A stretch of 63,381 bases of DNA, counting the filler, from Octopus bimaculoides (Eukaryota): assembly GCF_001194135.2 (NCBI RefSeq). It is 5 parts of 4 records of this genome, joined end to end, with 100 filler letters (N's around TTAATTAATTAA, not from the genome) between each part and the next. Parts side by side here need not be neighbours in the genome. Positions count along the whole stretch, not along the records: positions 1 to 21,817 come from NC_068982.1; positions 21,918 to 48,086 come from NC_069009.1; 3 more parts are not named here. One strand, given 5' to 3'. The notes under the pieces were generated by a model. It did no database searches and had not been told where the DNA came from. It saw only the letters and a program-made list of their open reading frames with translations. Position 1 is the first letter of the stretch. Each line of letters opens with the position of its first letter. A program made the position numbers and the translations under genes. This document shows positions 11,251 to 23,630 of the stretch, piece after piece.

Positions 11251-11449
11251 CATAATGATAATAATAATACCTTAGGAATGAGAACCCAGGTTCGAAATTT
11301 CCCCAAGACACCTGAAGAAGGCTGGAGGGTATATCAGCCGAAATGTTGTGTTAACAACAAACAAGATAAGGAAAAATATCTGTCAAATGTAACTAAGGTA
11401 AATAATGTAAATAATGTACATAATTCCTCATCTCTTAAATCTAGAACTG
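11151..11449 (+). mobile_element. 299-bp tRNA-headed, hammerhead-containing retroelement (Penelope pLTR-like SINE) with 11-bp TSD
   Basis: AACAGTCTTGA at 11140-11150 and 11450-11460; A box TAGCATAGTGG 11156-11166; B box GTTCGATTC 11201-11209; (TAA)n spacer; hammerhead core. Confidence 0.8.
11307..11352 (+). ncRNA. minimal type I hammerhead ribozyme motif
   Basis: GACAC-CTGAAGA-A-GGCTG-GAGGGTATAT-CAGCC-GAAA-TGTT-GTGTT: stem I GACAC/GTGTT, stem II GGCTG/CAGCC, loopless near-palindromic stem III (AACGT in the 50.4-kb copy). Confidence 0.7.
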
Positions 11450-11979
11450 AACAGTCTTGATGTAGATATATATTATGCATTCCAGGCTCCATTACTATTC
11501 TCATTTTAACAATTAGTGCTGGATGCAGGGTTGTTGCCCTTGTTGCCTGGGCAACACCCTTTCTAGCAGAACCAAAACCAAAATAGTTGGGACCAAAGCT
11601 TTACAGCCAACAGTCAAGGAAAAGGGGGTCAACTCTTGGTAGAATAGGAGTTGCCAAACCTACTAGGTGTTGCTCGACCTTCCCCCTAGAGTGTGTATGC
11701 CATGTTTTGTTGATATTTTCAACGTTTGGGCAACACCCAAAATAAATCCCGGATCCCTCCCTAACAATTCAGGACTGACAGTTCAGTGCTAGGTAACTCA
11801 TTGTATAGAAAATTCAGCAGAGGACATCTTATTGAACTTTGGTGAAGGTTATTTTGGGGATGAAAAATAAAGAGGAAAAATTTAAATTATTTATTTAAAA
11901 GCATGTAAAGATAAAAAACAAAAAATTCCAATCATATTGGAGAGTATTGTAGTTTGCTTGAAGCATTATGTATTAGTTG

Positions 11980-12455
11980 TAAAGAATAAAAACTTTTGAA
12001 TGGTGCAACAATGCACTATAATACAAAAAAATGGACTATATACCTGTTGTAATTTAGTTATCCATAGTCTGATGATATTTCGGAATACAATTCCTTCTTC
12101 AGATATTCTTAGATGGAGTCTCTGCTATAATCTGTTTTTCTTTTTTCAGAAGCATATCAGCAGTGGTCTCACAAAGCTCCTTCTGGAATTCCTCATGAGA
12201 GGTGCGTGAGGTCGACTATGCACTTCTCATGAGGAATTCTGGAAGGAGCTTCGTGAGACCACTACTGAGACGCTTCCGAAAAAGAAAAGCCGCCAGAAAA
12301 CAGATTATAGCAGAAACTCCATCTAAGAATATCTGAAGAAGGAATTGTATTCCGAAATATCACCGGACTATGGATAATTAAATTACAACAGGTATATAGT
12401 CTATTTTTTTGTATTATAGTGCATTGTTGTAGCATTCAAAACTTTTTATTCTTTA
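11980..12455. mobile_element. palindromic (fold-back) MITE, ~476 bp
   Basis: Arms of ~235 bp are reverse complements around GTCGAC at 12211-12216; ends TAAAGAATAAAAA / TTTTTATTCTTTA. Confidence 0.85.
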
Positions 12456-13409
12456 AATCATATTCTTTAATTCCTGCTTATGAAGTTTAATTTGATAACT
12501 AAGAACACACAAATATTCTAGCTTGTCAACTTTTGTATGATATTCTGAAATTATTTTTGTTTACGCAGAGTTAATTTATTCTATGACTGTTGTGTTTGTA
12601 GGTTGCATATGCATGTGCGTTAAATGAACAAGCAACACCAATAAAATGTAATAGTAAATTACCTATATTACATACTCTGAATTGTCTATGTGCTGAATTA
12701 TCTAGTGCTAACATGTCAGCGCTGAATTGTCAGGTTTTAAATTGTTAGTACTTCCATTTTAACATTCTGCCATGCTTGTACAGCTAGTCCTGTTTTCTGC
12801 AGAATTGCATCTCAAAAGTCACCATAGTTCTTTGACCTCAGCATGAAGTGCAGCATTTTGACATCAATCATCACCATTTTCATCTCATCCCATCTTTTTA
12901 CAGTTATCTAAGACTTCATTATCCAATGTAATCTTTCATATTTTAAGACTGCAGAATATTGATAGGAATTTGGTTGCTGTTTCTAGCAGTGTGAGTGACT
13001 ACATAGAGGCTTCCTCATTTACCCATAGATGTAGTAATAGTTGCTGCAAATAATAATCATTCTGTGAAAGAATTTGAGGATGTGTTAATGAAATATTAAT
13101 ATTACTAGCTTTCGAGGGTTCAGACCCTCAAATTTATATATAATTAATCCCATTGAAGCTTTTGTTTCATTAATTTTCAAAATAGTCATCATCACATGAT
13201 TATCATTAGAATGTTATTAACTTTTAATTTTAAAACATTTGCTGGAACAATTCATGCAAATTTAATATCTAATTTTTAGACCCATTTAAAACATCCAAAT
13301 TATTCTTTTAAATATAAATTCAGTCCAGTGATGATTCAGAGGTAGTTTTGTGCCATTGTATAGTAAGGATATCCAGAGTGTTTCAGGAACAGAAACAACA
13401 AAAAACAGA

Positions 13410-13765
13410 GCATCATCATCATCATCATCATCATTATCATCATCATCATTTAACTTCTGTTTTCCATGCTGGCATGGGTTGGATGGTTTGACTGGGGACT
13501 GGCAGGCCAGGAGGCTGCAGTAGGCTCCATTCTGATCTTGCAATGTTTCTACAGCTGGACGCCCTTCCTAATGCCAACCACTCCAGAGTGTAGTGGGTGA
13601 TTTTTACGTTCCACCAACATGGGAGTCAGTCAGGTGACACTGGCATTGGACACATTCGGATGGTACTTTTTACATGCTACTGGCACTGACCCATGCAGGA
13701 ATGGTGCTTAGTGCGTACAGACAGCATGAGAGCCAGTCAGGTGGCACTGGCATCAGCCACAACTA
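13410..13765 (-). mobile_element. family B retroposon with diverged tandem 5' units
   Basis: (ATC)n tail, TTTCCATGCTGGCATGGGTTGG, GCCCTTCCTAATGCCAACC, repeated GAGTCAGTCAGGTG(A/G)CACTGGCAT units. Confidence 0.75.
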
Positions 13766-14029
13766 CAATTTCCATTTCATTGTGATTTGATTTTGATTTT
13801 ACTTGTCTCAATAGGTCTTCTCAAGCATGGCATGTCGCCTGACGATTCAAAGGTACTTTTTAAATGGGCTGGTTATACAACACTGGTACAGGCTATGGCT
13901 GTGACCGCACTACAAGGCAATTAATTTTACTATGTAAAGAAGAAGTAACACAGTTCAAAATTTCTTTCAGATGTGGTCATTTATAGATAAATAAATAAGT
14001 TTATTGATAAATATATAAATAAGTAAATA

Positions 14030-14425
14030 AAGGTGTGGCTGTGTGGTAAGTAGCTTGCTTTCCAACCACATGGTTTTAAGTTCAGTCCCACTGTGTGCTA
14101 CCTTGGGCAAATGTCTTCTACTATAGCATTGGGCCAACCAAAGCCTTGTGAGTGGATTTGGTAGATGGAAATTGTGTGGAAGTGCATTGTATATATGTAT
14201 GTGTGCATGTGTATGTGTGTGTGTTTGTGTATGTGTGTGTGTTTGTGTCTTTGTTCCCCACCACTGCTTGGTGTGTTTACATTCCTTTGACTTAGCAGTT
14301 CAGCAAAAGTGATTGATAGAGTAGGTACCAGGTTTAAAAAGCACTGTGTTCAATTCACTCGACAAAAAATTCTTCAAGGTGGTGCTCCAGCATGGCCACA
14401 GTCTAAAGACTAAAACAGGTAAAAA
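14030..14425 (+). mobile_element. SINE family A
   Basis: GTGGCTGTGTGGTAAGTAGCTTGC head, core and tail. Confidence 0.85.
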
Positions 14426-14999
14426 GATAAAATGATGGCCAGTTCCACAGAAGCAATGTTCTGTTTGAAGCAATGATGCTTTTGTAAGTTTGGATTATCA
14501 GTTGGCAGTTGTGGTCAAGCAAAACACCACACCATCTGTACACAAGTAAACAGAAGAAAATGCACACAAGACACAAATGTATCTCTGGATCACCACTAGA
14601 CTGAATTTATATTATTGTACAACACCAAATTTCATGTTCTGTTTATCTCATTTTGCTGAACCTGACTCTCTCCCCGTGATTCTGACTCTCTCCCTGAAAT
14701 TTGCATCACCACTTCCAAGCATCACCTCCTATGAAGTTTCTTTTCTTTTTTCCTAACAAAAGGACAACAGTCCAAAATATTGAACTAATTTTCTTTTTTT
14801 TACTAGTCTTTACCTTACAGCATCAAATTAACTTTGTATTCCTGTTTTGTTTCTGAAACATTCTTGATGGTCATTCAGGTATTTTTATTCAGTAAAATCT
14901 TTGAATTTTTTAGCCATTCCTTAAGATTTACATATTTCCAGTTTTAATATTTCTATCCACATAAGACAAAATTATAAGCATGCTGATCAAAATGCTTTC

Positions 15000-15160
15000 T
15001 GGCATTTTTGCCATCTTTATATTCTGAGTTCAAACTACATTGAGGTCAACTTCACGTTTCATCCTTTTAGTGTTGATGAAGTATCAGCTGTGCACTGGGG
15101 TCGAGGTAGTCAAACCCCCCTCTCCTACAATTTCAGGTATTGTGCCAATAGTAGAATGGA
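15000..15160 (+). mobile_element. diverged SINE family D
   Basis: GAGTTCAAA...GAGGTCAACTTCACGTTTCATCCTTT...GCACTGGGGTCGA, similar to 17870-18230. Confidence 0.55.
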
Positions 15161-15556
15161 ATATCAACTATTTAAATTTGCTTCATTGATTCATTTCCTT
15201 ATATTGATGCAAAGAATTGTTTTTAAAGGAAATGCTATGCTATGACTTTCACATATGTTCCAAGTTCATTAACAGTATAATTGAAACAAAATAGCTTACA
15301 AAAATGGAAATTAGGTCATGATTCAGTTCCTTGGGAGTTTGCCACTATTCAGTTATTTCTCAGTTATTGGGTTCCAAAAGGACTTTGAACTATATACCCA
15401 AAGCTTTTTTCTTTTTTTCTTTTTTCTTTTGGAAGATAAAAATTTTTGGAGCAGAAAATTCTTCAAAGGATAAAAATTACATTTCAGAATTCATTGACTT
15501 AATTAAATTTACATCTCAACATTTACACTTTATGTATTTTCTTGATAATTCCTCAC

Positions 15557-15631
15557 AACCCTTTGGAATGTACAGTTTCCTTGATGTATAATTTTTCTCC
15601 CAGCTTTCCATATCCTATGAGATTCCATTTT
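15557..15631 (-). CDS. candidate upstream exon of the host gene, 75 nt (KWNLIGYGKLGEKLYIKETVHSKG or KMESHRIWKAGRKIIHQGNCTFQRV)
   Basis: Acceptor TTGCTTCAACTTTAG|, donor |GTGAGG, two open frames; cannot join exon A in phase without another exon. Confidence 0.35.
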
Positions 15632-16556
15632 CTAAAGTTGAAGCAATTAAAGTAAGAACTAAAAGATTTAGGCATTTATGATCCAAAACAAACATTTTAC
15701 ATTAAATAGAATTAATGAAATAAATTCTCCTGCTTTGTTTAGTGAAATCAATATGTTGCAGCGAGGAATAACAAAAACTCTAAAGGGAAATTATTATTTA
15801 GCAAAGAAGGAAAACTGAAAAGATTATGAATGTTGCATTCTGAAATAGTCGGAACAAAATTATTTCACTAGGCTATAACTTAGCTATGTGGAGACAGACG
15901 TTGTCATCGGATAAATTCACTTGCTTTTTATTCAAATGGTATTCTTTAAAGAAAACTTTTTTTTTGTTGAATGTTTAATGGAAAGCACTTAAAATATATA
16001 AATAATCACTTTAAAATGTAGATATTTTGTAGGAAAGCTTATATACTATTTTTGCAATTTTGCAATATGAGAAAAATTAATATAGTAAAATATTTAACTC
16101 TTCAACATTCTAAATTTTGCTCATATGATTCCATGCATATTTCTATAACTTTTTCAGAAATAGATACATACATACGTATATATATATATATATATAAATA
16201 CACACATATATGTATGCATGTATATATTATTTGTGTTTTTAGACATTTGGTAAATGCAAATAGATGCAATATCAGCTTGAAAGATTACAAATGAGATTTT
16301 TGTTGCAGATACAAACAGAAAGTATTTGCTCTTAGTATATATAAAAAACAAAAATTGGCATTTTGTTTATAAAATAATCTTTCAGATTATTTCTACATTA
16401 TTTAATCAATGAGGCAGAAACCTTCAATATATATCACTGCTAGCTTTTTCAAAACATACATTAGTGTTGAGTATAATATAGGCAACTTAACAAACCCTTA
16501 TTATGCAATTGGTATTCTGCTATGATCAGTTCCAACATATAAGAAAACATACTATA

Positions 16557-16610
<54 letters not shown>

Positions 16611-17869
16611 GTATACATATATGTATGTATGTATATTTCTAAATGCTACATCTCGGCTATAATCCTCTGAAATCTTATGAATTGAAAAGCAGTCCGTTTC
16701 AGTAATTGAAATGCTCTTTATTATATTCTTTGATAAGGATGCAATGGGGCAGAATGGAAGGTGAAAAGAGGGGGCAAATATTAATGACATCAGTCTCTTT
16801 TACTAAAAAATTATTTGTTTTGCTTCTTTGATGTTATTGAAAGCAGGAGAGACATCTAAGGTAATCTGGTGTATTGTTCTGCACTATACATTCTGTCATT
16901 TATTTGGCAATGAAAAAAAAGACAAATTTGTTCTCTCCAATATTTGGCATGATTATTGAAGGGTACAGTTAGAGAGAAATGAAAACCTTTTTCTTTTTTT
17001 TCTGTAGGAATATAGATGTATTGACATTTTGCCAGTCAAAGCAACCAGAAACATCATAAAGAAATAGCTTGTTGAGTTAAACAATATATTCAATGATTCC
17101 TTAAATAGCAAATATTCTTGCATGCTGGCCTTTACAAAGAATCACCTTCACATTCAAAGCCACATGTATTTATTCAACATTTTACTTGTACTCACAATAA
17201 ACGTGTTCTTCATGAGACAGTTATCGCCAGAATGGACATCCATTTGTTAAGTACTATTACATTTAACCATATTTAAGATTATACAATGAAAAACTATTTA
17301 TATATTCCACACACACCCTGAAACAAATATCAAATGTCAGTATTTTCTCTTGAACTATTTACAAATAGTAGTTTACATCACTGGGGAAGGTTTCAAGGGG
17401 GTTTTAGTGCTCATGATTATTATTATAATTTTTTTTTTTTTCTTTTTTTGCAATGGCTGTTGTAACAATGTAAGTAGACTTAAATTACAGCCTCCAGGTA
17501 TTTCTGTGTAGCTAAGAAGCTTTGCTTTGAAACTGTAAGGTTTGAAGTTTAATCCCTTAACATTTAAACTGGCCATATCCAGGCCAAATATTCAACCTGT
17601 TTTATGTTCAAACTGGCCAGATATGGTCTTTCATACCTGCTCTGCAATGATATTCTAAAAATAAAAATTCATATCATTGAAATCTCAAAGCCATAATGTA
17701 TGATTAATTCAAAACAATGCAAATAAATAAGCATTACATTTGAGGGAGAAATGTAAATGCTGAAACATTAATTTCACTGTGCAGAACCTTGGGCAAGTAT
17801 CTTCTACCATTATTTCAGGTCAACTAAAGCTTTGTGAATGAAATTTGGTTGTCAGAAACTAAGCCTGTT

Positions 17870-18230
17870 GAGGCGGTGAGCTGGCAGAAGCGTTACCTCG
17901 TCGGACGAATTGCTTAGCGGTTTTTTGTCTGTCTTTACGTTCTGGTAGACTTTGCCTTTCATCCTTTCAAGGTCAATAAATTAAGTACCAGTTATGCACT
18001 GGGGTCGATCTAATGGATTGGTTCCCTCCCTAAAAATTTCAGGCCTTGTGAAATGAATATTATACAAAATGTGAGGTGGTGAGCTGGCAGAAACGTTACC
18101 ATTCATCCTTTTGAGGTCGATAAATTAAGTACCAGTTATGCACTGGGGTCGATATAATCGACTTAATCCTTTTGTCTGTCCTTGTTTGTCCCCTCTATGT
18201 TTAGCCCCCTGTAGGCAATAAATAAATAAG
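17870..18230 (+). mobile_element. two tandem SINE family D copies
   Basis: GAGG(C/T)GGTGAGCTGGCAGAA head twice (~17871, ~18073); core TTCATCCTTT..AGGTC.ATAAATTAAGTACCAGTTATGCACTGGGGTCGAT. Confidence 0.75.
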
Positions 18231-18954
18231 AAACTAAGTCTGTTGAAGAGGCTGTTCTTGATTTTGAATGGTCAACTTCTTCCATTAATACGACCACCTG
18301 ACTGTTGGGTACCTTTAGCAGAGTACATTATTTTGCATGCATCCAAGCCAAGGCTTTGCTCTGATAATGACTTCTAGCCTTCACATGTATCAAAAGACCT
18401 GAAAATAGTCATGGAAGTCCATTTTGTTGATCTAGCTTTCATGGTGCTTATAATAGCATGGAAAACATTGATACTGTAATTTCACGGCAGTAAATTTAAT
18501 AGCATAAGAGCATGCAACCTTGTGGCTTAGGCATTGCAGTCATGAATCCTAAATCATAGATTTGATTCGTGGACCAGGCAGTGCATTGTATTCTTGAGCA
18601 AAACACTTCATTTCAAGTTGTTCCAATTCACTTAACTGTCAGTGGGTAACCCTGTGTTGGAACAGCCTTCGAGGAGAATGTTAGCCTGCTCTCTTAGTCA
18701 GTGGGATACTGTCGTTCAAAAAATAAAACAATGCCAAGTGCATTGTGACTAGAGGTGTATAACAACAGCCATTAGTCTGGAGATACTGTGATACAGTGAT
18801 ATCTAACTGCAGAAGGGTTTTAAATTTGGAATAGATGGAATGGAATTTACACAGAAGATATCTCCTGACTTGTCCAGGAAATCAGTAACTTCCAAATAAG
18901 AACAGATTTAAACTGTGGCAATCCATTCCACCTGTACCAGTATAGAATCCTCCT

Positions 18955-19430
18955 CCTCCTCATCATCATCGTTTAACGGCTGCTTTCCATGCTAGCATGG
19001 GTTGGATGATTTGACTGAGGACTGGTGAACCAGACGGCTGAACAGTTAAGCTCAGTTGTACAGGAAGTACCTTGCTGTATGGCAGTTGACTTTTGCATCT
19101 GGCAGATACTGGTGTCATGCAAATGGCAACTGTGCTAGTGGCATGTAAAAGTGCCTTTCGAGAATTGTGCCTCATGGAGGAAATAACTTAGACCGTTTGG
19201 CATTATACCGTGCTTCAGAAGAAAAGCCATCGTGACAAGTAAAACCATAGTCATGGCAGATACCGGTCTCAGTCAAATGGCACCCATGCCAGTGGCATGT
19301 AAAAGCACCCATTACATTCTCCAAGTGGTTGGCATTAGGAAGGGCATCCAGCCATAGAAACCATACGAAAACAGACTGGAGTCTGGTGCAGCCTTCCAGC
19401 TTGCCAGCCAGGTCAAACCATCAAACCCAT
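18955..19430. mobile_element. two family B fragments in opposite orientation
   Basis: Minus-strand tail at ~18960-19040; plus-strand GGCATTAGGAAGGGCATCCAGCC body at ~19290-19430. Confidence 0.65.
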
Positions 19431-19433
19431 GAT

Positions 19434-20940
19434 TATATTTGTATACATAGTAATTAATTATATTCTTGTTTGGTAGGAAGCCATTATGTTGCCGATTTTA
19501 CAGCTGAAAGAAAAATGCTGGACAACAGATGCTAAATAATGATGATGATGACGATAATGATGATGATGATGACTACAAATCTCTTGAAGGAAATATTCTA
19601 AAACAACAACAGGGAATAGATATTCTAGATACTGTTTAACTGGAATTAGATCTGTTTGTTGTCCCTATGAATGAAGTCTTATTTATTTGTACGAGTTCTT
19701 GATAAGAATAACATTTATTTTTCTTAAACTACTTATCTATTGAAGTTGAAAAATAGGACACAAGGCAATGACACTGCACTTGAGATACTTTCATTCCATT
19801 CCCCCATGGCAAAGTCATTAAATAAGTGATATTTATTGTTTTTCTAATTCTTCATTCTCTCATACATTTCCACACTTACATACATTTCCACATAAATGCA
19901 TTTGGACAATTAAAAGATACAAAATAATGTATTTTTTGTTTTTTGCTGGAATTTATGTATGGCTAACATTGGTGTAAACTTTGATAAAAATGTTCTGAAG
20001 AAGAAAGATTCTTTTTACTTTACTCTAATAAATCTGGTTCTTTTGTGCCATTTATGTCACATTTTGAATGACAAATATTTAATGAACTACTTCAGTTCTA
20101 GTTACTTGTTATTTTTGAATGAATATCATAGGTTATTACAAAGTGTGGTAAACAGTATTACTTATCCGAAAATAAATATTTGGTATGATAGAGAACTAAA
20201 AGAATGATGCTAGAGAATGTCTGGAGATGTTAGTAATTGGAACCTAGTTTTGACAGATGTAAAAAAAAAATGGTTTTAAAATTTTTTCAAAAAAAAAAAA
20301 AAGTAATAATAATAATAAATAAATAAATAAAAAAGAAGAAGGAAAACTGATAGATATCATAAATTGCTTTGCTCCACCTTTGAGAATAAGTAAGTTAACG
20401 AAGAGAATGAACTTTGTTGCTTGCTGTTCTGAAACGGATTTTTCAACTAACAAAATTCTCATTATTTAAAAAGAAACAGAAATCAATTCAGAAATATGGC
20501 AACCATTTCAATATTGATTTTTATCATGAGAGATATTTATTTTGGTTATATGTTAGATTAATCAGAAATGCATGATTTAGTACAATGAAAACTGTTCTGA
20601 AAATATACATCAATGCCATCATGAAACTAAATGTAGAATGTTGGACAGCTGTATATACGAACAGAATTGATTTATTGTGATTTCACCGCTACATACAAAT
20701 ATTCATGCATTATAAGCTGATATAAATAATGTATAAATGTAGAATAACAAGAGAGCAATGCAAAGAGTCACTAAAGATTGCAAAATGAGTGAATAAGTGC
20801 AAAGAACTTCTAATTTAAATGTCCCTTGTAGCAATACAGCAGTCAATTACACAAAGCATTTTTCTTTCAGCTGTAAACTCGGCAACATGATGGCTTCCTA
20901 CTAAACAAGAATATAATTAATTACTATCTATACAAATATA
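19434..20940. repeat. 86-bp inverted repeat pair (19434-19519 / 20855-20940), possibly TIRs of a non-autonomous DNA transposon
   Basis: TATATTTGTATA(C/G)ATAGTAATTAATTATATTCTTGTTT(G/A)GTAGGAAGCCAT..TGTTGCCGA.TTTACAGCTGAAAGAAAAATGCT on opposite strands, few mismatches. Confidence 0.75.
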
Positions 20941-21549
20941 ATTATATATGTGTGCGTGCATGTGTATGTATATGTGTGCATGTATATATAATATATATAT
21001 GACTGTAAATGTATATGTATGTGGTTTTATGTATGTACATATGCATAAGTATTTATCTATGGTTGTGTATATATAAAGTCAGTGAATATTTCTTGTAAGT
21101 ATTCTTGCTGAAAATTTTAAAAAAGTAAATATAAATGGAATTTAAAGATGTAGGTTAAATTAGCTCGGATTCCTGTCATCAAGTGATAAAAATGTCTGAC
21201 ATGGAAATGCTTGTATATATACTTCTACATCACATTGGATTTATTAAATAATTTCACTTAGATTATTTAGAGAATTTGTTTGAATACGAAGATAAATATT
21301 ATCTTCCAATCCTTATACAATTTATGATAATGTAAAAGATACAAAAACTATAATTATTCTGTTACAATCTTAATACTTAGCTTCACCGATCAAAATGCTC
21401 TCTAATTAGCACTGTGAGTTAATGAATATTATCCATCAATGTATGGATGTTATTAGAAATAATGGTAGCAAGGATGATTATTTTTCTAGCCTTCTTCAAA
21501 ACGAGTGACCATTATTTCTATTAAAACTCTATTTATTAAAAATATAATA

Positions 21550-21720
21550 GGCACTGGAGTGGCTGTGTGATAAGTACCTTGCTTACCAGCCACATGGTTT
21601 CGGGTTCAATCCCACTGGGTGGCACCTTAGACAAGTGTCTTCTACTATAGCCTTGGGCTGATCAAAGCTTTGTGAGTGGATTTGGTAGACGGAAACTGAA
21701 AGAAGCCCATCATATATATA
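21550..21720 (+). mobile_element. SINE family A, 5' half
   Basis: GGAGTGGCTGTGTGATAAGTACC...GGAAACTGAAAGAAGCCC. Confidence 0.8.
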
Positions 21721-21817
21721 TTACTATATATATATATACTTTTCTACTTTAAGCACAAGGCCCGTAGTTTTGGGGGACGGGGCCAGTGATTAGATCGCCC
21801 CCCCCCCCAGTATGCAA

Positions 21818-21917
21818 NNNNNNNNNNNNNNNNNNNNNNNNNNNNNNNNNNNNNNNNNNNNTTAATTAATTAANNNNNNNNNNNNNNNNNNNNNNNNNNN
21901 NNNNNNNNNNNNNNNNN
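21818..21917. other. artificial contig spacer N44-TTAATTAATTAA-N44 (also at ~48087-48186, ~58528-58627, ~61009-61108)
   Basis: Identical 12-mer giving stops in all six frames, centred in a 100-bp N spacer, four times. Confidence 0.9.
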
Positions 21918-21951
21918 GATCCAACTTGTACAAATGCAAAGCAAGTCAAAC

Positions 21952-21954
<3 letters not shown>
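21918..21954 (+). mobile_element. 3' terminus of an R4/Dong family-A element followed by (TAA)n
   Basis: GATCCAACTTGTACAAATGCAAAGCAAGTCAAACATA matches the 3' ends at 34292, 35683 and 50539. Confidence 0.75.
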
Positions 21955-22003
<49 letters not shown>

Positions 22004-22004
<1 letters not shown>

Positions 22005-22736
22005 TGTAGCGCTCAAGGAAAACGCTTTTAGAACAAACCACTCGAATATCACATTGAAATAAGCACTGACTCTCCTCAGTGCATGGTGTACTCTGAGAAG
22101 GCAGAATGTGTAAGCCATATTGTGAGTGAGTACTGTAAACCTGCACAACACGAATATAAAAAGAGACACATCAATGTGGCCAGATATGTCCGCTGGATGT
22201 TGAGCGGTTAAGCAAACGTAGAGAGAATCGAATAATGGTTTGAACAGAAGTCAGAGGGAATAATGGAAACGAGCATTTCAAAATAGTCTGGGATTTTAAT
22301 TTGCAGTGCGACGAAGACATACACGCGAGACGACCTGATATCTTACTTATCCATAAAGATGAAAAAGAAGTTAAGATAATAGATATTGCAATAGCAGACG
22401 ATTCGAGGGTGAAATGTAAGGAAACAGAAAATATTGAGAAATCCCAGTTACTGCGGTTATGGTGCATGAGGAAACGTATGGTGATACCAGTGGTAATTGT
22501 GGACTTAGGAACAGTTTCCAAGAGCTTTGAAAACACATTAAGAATATTGGATCTGCTGTCAAGTACGAGACTATCTAGAAAACAGCATTGTTGTGTACAG
22601 CTGGCTTTCCTATGAGAGTATTGTCTCTTTGAGTCACAGAAGAAGGCACTACTTGAAACCTTTGGTAATTTGTTGTTGCCTACTTTCAAGTAAAAATAAA
22701 CGGTAATTAAGAAATATCGAGTCTTTCATAATAGAC
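22004..22736 (+). mobile_element. 5'-truncated R4/Dong-clade non-LTR element (family B): CCHC knuckle plus RLE endonuclease, degenerate
   Basis: CSAQ...ECVSHIVSE...YKKRH..VARYV; VWDFNLQCDEDIHARRPDILLIHKDEKEVKIIDIAI..D..V..KE.E (PD-(D/E)xK); (TAA)n upstream and TGA/TAA downstream. Confidence 0.85.
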
Positions 22737-22769
22737 ATTGATGATGATAATAATAATTATGATATTTCA

Positions 22770-23630
22770 TTTTTATTGCCGTCATGGGTTACAAAACACG
22801 AAGAAGTAGAAGATAAACGTAACTTGCGGGTTGTTATATAAAAGTGTAAACAATAATAAAACATCAATTAACAAAAATAAACGGTCAATAAATTGGAAAC
22901 ATACTAAGATTGTCCAATAAATTCCATACATAACACAACTCATTAACTACCATTATATTTCCAACGAACTAAACAGACTATAGATGATAGGTCAGCCTTC
23001 CTCGCCACATGCACCCACTTGATTCGAAAGTTGGGCAGCACATCTCATCCATCACATTTCTTTTCAAATGATATTTTATGAGTTTATAAGGGCCTGAACG
23101 TCTTCCGCTCGGTGCAAACTATTTCAGCATTCGCTTTCCTCGTTCTTCTCCATATAAACGTTTCCAACACGTGATCATTTACTTTGAGTACCGGGAGGCT
23201 TTTGTAAATTACAGCGTCCGAGCTTTTGAAGATGAACCCAAAATCAGTGTCATTCAGGTCAGATATTGAGATCTTAGCTATTTTCATAGGAACCCGCCAA
23301 CTCATATTCATAGTGGATATCGGAATCTCTTATATGAAGAGTGATGAAATATCCCCCGAATAATACGATATTGATAAAGCCAGTACTTAAAATTGCCAGG
23401 AAGACCTGACGTGGCAACTTGTACTCCAAGGCTTGCGATTATTTCTTGGCTACGTTTATATTTTTGTATTGGATATGCACTGAGGAGAAAGAAACCATAT
23501 ACACTACGTACTACTATTACTATTATACGAGACACAACGCTCTATATTAAATTCTCAGAGAGAACTGCAACGAACACGGAACGCCAAACACTCACAGATT
23601 TTAAAGTCAGTTCACATTTTAGTCACTGGC
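22770..23630 (-). mobile_element. L1/Tx1-clade LINE 3' part, heavily deleted
   Basis: Frameshifted C-terminus ...QALIN..KYHLKRNV..E..VL...IKWVHVARKA, then 3' UTR with AATAAA and an A-rich end near 22770. Confidence 0.5.

Noticed and set aside
17196-17317. Minus-strand exon with strong splice sites (TTTCAG| ... |GTGAGT)
   Set aside because: All three frames have stops. It could only be a UTR or start exon (MDVHSGDNCLMKNTFI), which sequence alone cannot support.
18313-18398. Minus-strand exon candidate
   Set aside because: Weak donor GTACCC and stops in all frames.
21862-21873. TTAATTAATTAA recurring four times, as a possible regulatory or recombination motif
   Set aside because: Always centred in a 100-bp N spacer and encodes stops in six frames: an assembly linker.
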